DNA of 64,000 nucleotides from Podospora anserina (Eukaryota): NCBI GenBank assembly GCA_017654855.1, contig CM030336.1, positions 3,534,001 to 3,598,000 of the forward strand, read 5' to 3'. Shown piece by piece: positions 60,794 to 64,000 of this stretch (position 1 is its first letter; each line of letters starts with the position of its first letter). The notes under the pieces were generated by a model. It saw only the letters and a program-made list of their open reading frames with translations, ran no database searches and was not told where the DNA came from. The position numbers and the translations under genes were made by a program.

Positions 60794-62463
60794 ATGGCCC
60801 CCGCAGAACCCAACGCACTGCCTTTCAGGCCAAAGGGGGAGACACCTCACTTTGCTGAGGAGAAGGAGGGTTGGAAGGGATATGTCGAATGGGAGGAATT
60901 CCCCGAGAAGAAGAAGCAAGCTCAGGAAGTCCTAAAGAGATATGATTTTCCCGAAGTGAGTTCTCGCAGCTGACCGCGGTCACCTCAACACACACTCACC
61001 ATTCACATTAGCCCCCCGAGTTCCAACTCATCCCCCTCCCAACCACCAACCCCGTCCTCACGGGCGAGCGCTGGAAGCAATACCACTCCGCCTTGGGCCT
61101 ATCCCACATCTTCCACCACAGCTGGGAAACCGTCCTCCAAGAAAAGTCTCCAGACATGACCCACATCCTGCAGTTTCCCTACAATGGTGAACCCCCCGGC
61201 GACCGCCTCATCAAAACAGAACTCACAAACAACAAAGACCACTTTGTCCGCAACCACGGCGGCATCCCTGACATCGATCCCGCTAAATGGACTCTTGACA
61301 TTGGCGGTTTGGTTAAGAACCCGAGGAAACTCACTTTGGCGCAGCTTCAGGATGAAAGGATCTTTCCTAGGCAATCTAATATTGTCACGCTTCAATGCAG
61401 CGGTACTCGTCGGATAGAGCAGATACGTGAGTACCCTGGCGATGGCGACGAATTGATTAACGCGCCGTGGGGGGAGGGCGCTATCTCTACTGCGAGATGG
61501 ACGGGGGTTTCGCTTAAGAAGGTTATCAAGTATTGTGGTGGTCTTGTTGATGATAAGGGGGCGGATAATATCGAGTTTTATGGTGCGGATACGTACTTTA
61601 AGAAGGGGGGGGTGCACAATTATGTTGTTAGTGTGCCGTGGAGGAAGGTCAAGGCGCATGAGGTGCTGCTGGCGTGGGATATGAACGGGGAGCAGCTGCC
61701 GAAGATTCATGGGTTCCCGGTGAGGGTGGTGGTGTTTGGGTATATTGGGGCGAGGAGCGTCAAGTGGCTGTATAAAGTCAGGGCTATTCACCGGCCGAGC
61801 ATGGCGCCGGTGCAGCGTAAGGAGTATTTGTATTATGCGCCGCAGATTGGGAAGCAGAATGCGAGGTACAGTAATGGGTTTTCCATTCAGGATATGCCGG
61901 TTAGCTCGGCGATTATTACGCCGAAAAATATGGATCATATTGTGCATGAGGGGAGGGTTAGGCTGGCGGGGTGGGCTTACTCTGGGGGAGGGCACTGGCC
62001 GGTGAGGGTGGAAGTTAGTGGAGATGGGGGGAGTATTTGGTATGAGGTCCCGGCGGAGAATATGTCTACCAAGTTCTTTTACGCCTGGAGGACATGGTGG
62101 GTTGATTTGCCGGTTGATGCGGAGGGGTGGTTGGAGATGTGCGTGAGGTGCTGGGATAATGCGATGAATACGCAGCCTACTTTTGTTAGGAGTGCTTGGT
62201 AAGTAAAACCCGATTATGGTGGAGGGGTTGGTACTGACTGATAGATCAGGAACTGGGACTTGCACGTCACTTCCTCTGCTCACCGCGTCAAAATCTACAG
62301 TATCAACAAGTCGAGGCCGAACACTGCTGCGAGGCTCAAGCAGTTGGAGGAGAACAATACCCCCATCGTGCCGATCACGAGACCGATTCAGTTTGATTTG
62401 GAGACTGATGAGGAGTATGCGAAGGCCATGGAGTCAAGGGCTTGGAGGGATCCGTTGGAGTAG
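60794..62463 (+). CDS. Sulfite oxidase-family molybdopterin oxidoreductase without a cytochrome b5 domain (introns about 60956-61011, 62199-62249)
   Basis: HFVRNHGGIP, TLQCSGTRR (Mo-ligating Cys), AISTARWTG, MNGEQLPKIHGFPVR, GYIGARSVKWL, GWAYSGGG, RVEVSGDGG. Confidence 0.92.
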
Positions 62464-62824
62464 ATGCCTGGGGATTTTGTCCATCAGGTTGTTCTAGGTG
62501 GGTCAGGGGGTTCAGGGGTACTCAGGGGTAATGTGCCAAGACTTTCTAGCTTCTGTGCTGCACAAATGTTGAGTCTTGTCCAGATTACCGGCGCTTCATC
62601 TTTGCGATTTCGTGTACCCCTATTTCGTTCTTTCTTGTGGCAGTTGATGTTCTTCGATAATATATATGCCTCTCTAATAAACGAGAGATGTTATCTAGCT
62701 CGTGTAGCTCTGAAGAACACGCAAATGACATCAAAGACATTTGCCGAGTGTAGCTCACAGCAGGTCACAACAATCCACGATACGCACAAACAGCAACGCG
62801 TTTGATGATCCTATCTTTACTCAT

Positions 62825-64000
62825 CTAATCCACCTCCGCTGCTGCAATAACCTCCAATTTCTCAACCGCATCCTGAAAGCTCTCTACCGATTCCTCATCA
62901 CTCTCCAGGTCCTCCTCCTTCCTCCAAAAACCATCCTCCCACGTATTCGACCTCGAACCCAAGCAAGAAAAGAATCCAGCCTCCATCAAATCCTCCTCAC
63001 CCCTCCTCATATCCGGCGCCGCATTGATGACACTCAAAAGTTCATCAAATGCCCACACCAGCTCCTCCATAACATCCTCTCTTCGACGTAGAATAGCCTT
63101 GAAGTCGCCGAGTGTATACTCCTTGTCATGGTTTGACCGAAAGTGACTCGCGTTCGCCAGAATATCCATCGTTCCCACGTCACCGTACAACGCCGCAATT
63201 TTGATGAGATTCGGCCCTTTGAGACGAGGGCAGACGCTGTATTCTGACCATCGATCGAGAAAGAGGCGTAGGACGTTGTGGCTGTTGTATGTAATCGCCG
63301 TCGTGAGAGGTGTCTCCCCTGTGATGGCCGTGGCGTTCAAGTCAGCACCGTACTCCAAAAGTAGCATGGCAAAACTGGCGTTGTCATTCCTTGTCGCATG
63401 GAATAGTGGCGTCTTTCCTTCCACCGTACGGGTGTTGACATCAGCACCGAAATCCAGCAATCTCTTTAGCAGAGTAGCGTCCTTGCTGTTCCGCGAGGCG
63501 ACGCTAAGCGGGCTGCCTTTCTGGACACCTTTCGGGGGAAGAGGGTCCGGATCTGCCCCTGCCTCAAGGAGAAGTTCGACGCATGCAGTATGACCCTGAG
63601 CTGCTGCATTGGACAATGGTCCAGAGATCTGGACATCCATGATGTTGGGGTCGGCACCAAAGCTGAGCAGCGTGGCCACTGTCTGGACATCACCCTTGGC
63701 CGCAGCCCACGCCAGCGGAGTGCGTCCCATGGAGTCCTGAACATTCATATCCCCAGGGTTCCGAATAAGCTCCTCTTCCAGTATCTGAAGCGAGAGCCCC
63801 AAGACAATCTTGTGAATTTGCGTAAACTTGGACGCCTCGATGAAGTCATCGAGAAAATAACTTCCCCGTGTAATTGTCCTGAGAGCTTCTGTTGCCACCT
63901 CAGATAGCCCACCTTCCAGCAGGAAATGACACGCCTTGAGTCTTGGACTATTGTCGAATTCGGATATCGGTCGGTAATCGGCGTCCGCGCCAGCGTGAAC
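62825..64000 (-). CDS. Ankyrin repeat protein, 5' part outside the window
   Basis: GRTPLAWAA, GSPLSVAS, GKTPLFHAT, GETPLTTAI repeats; frame stays open to the window edge. Confidence 0.88.
   Translation of the reverse strand, partial: VHAGADADYRPISEFDNSPRLKACHFLLEGGLSEVATEALRTITRGSYFLDDFIEASKFTQIHKIVLGLSLQILEEELIRNPGDMNVQDSMGRTPLAWAAAKGDVQTVATLLSFGADPNIMDVQISGPLSNAAAQGHTACVELLLEAGADPDPLPPKGVQKGSPLSVASRNSKDATLLKRLLDFGADVNTRTVEGKTPLFHATRNDNASFAMLLLEYGADLNATAITGETPLTTAITYNSHNVLRLFLDRWSEYSVCPRLKGPNLIKIAALYGDVGTMDILANASHFRSNHDKEYTLGDFKAILRRREDVMEELVWAFDELLSVINAAPDMRRGEEDLMEAGFFSCLGSRSNTWEDGFWRKEEDLESDEESVESFQDAVEKLEVIAAAEVD

Noticed and set aside
61099-62283. 394-aa antisense ORF (similarly 57187-58140, 58943-59614, 41646-42524)
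   Set aside because: Shadows of well-supported genes on the opposite strand

Overview
Intron-containing filamentous-ascomycete DNA, most likely Podospora anserina species complex (it carries a divergent PNT1-type NLR / 271-aa HELLP pair with PP amyloid motifs, plus Fot1/pogo elements with RIP-like damage). Left half (about 1.8-32 kb) is an accessory region. The main unexplained structure is a same-strand array of about 12 small, very divergent paralogous genes that are invisible in the ORF track because of introns. They share an N-terminal [FY]-x-W-x-x-I motif (usually followed by a phase-1 intron), a helical core (L-x-x-D-C-x-x-[ML] ... R-x-x-F-F-x5-W), a second conserved phase-1 intron, and in 9 of 12 copies an acidic W-x-x-[VI] motif matching the Atg8-interacting (AIM/LIR) consensus. 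About half of the copies are disrupted. The array is split by a roughly 15-kb island of nested transposons, LTRs, the NLR/HELLP cell-death pair and a relic of a second NLR. Right half: DUF1479 gene with a divergent transcription factor, a kinase-ankyrin pseudogene, a large sacsin-like ATPase with a HET-type tail, a secreted low-complexity protein, a conserved hypothetical gene, a MARVEL protein, a catalase / sulfite-oxidase-like divergent pair and a partial ankyrin gene. All gene models and alignments were made by eye; no database searches were run.
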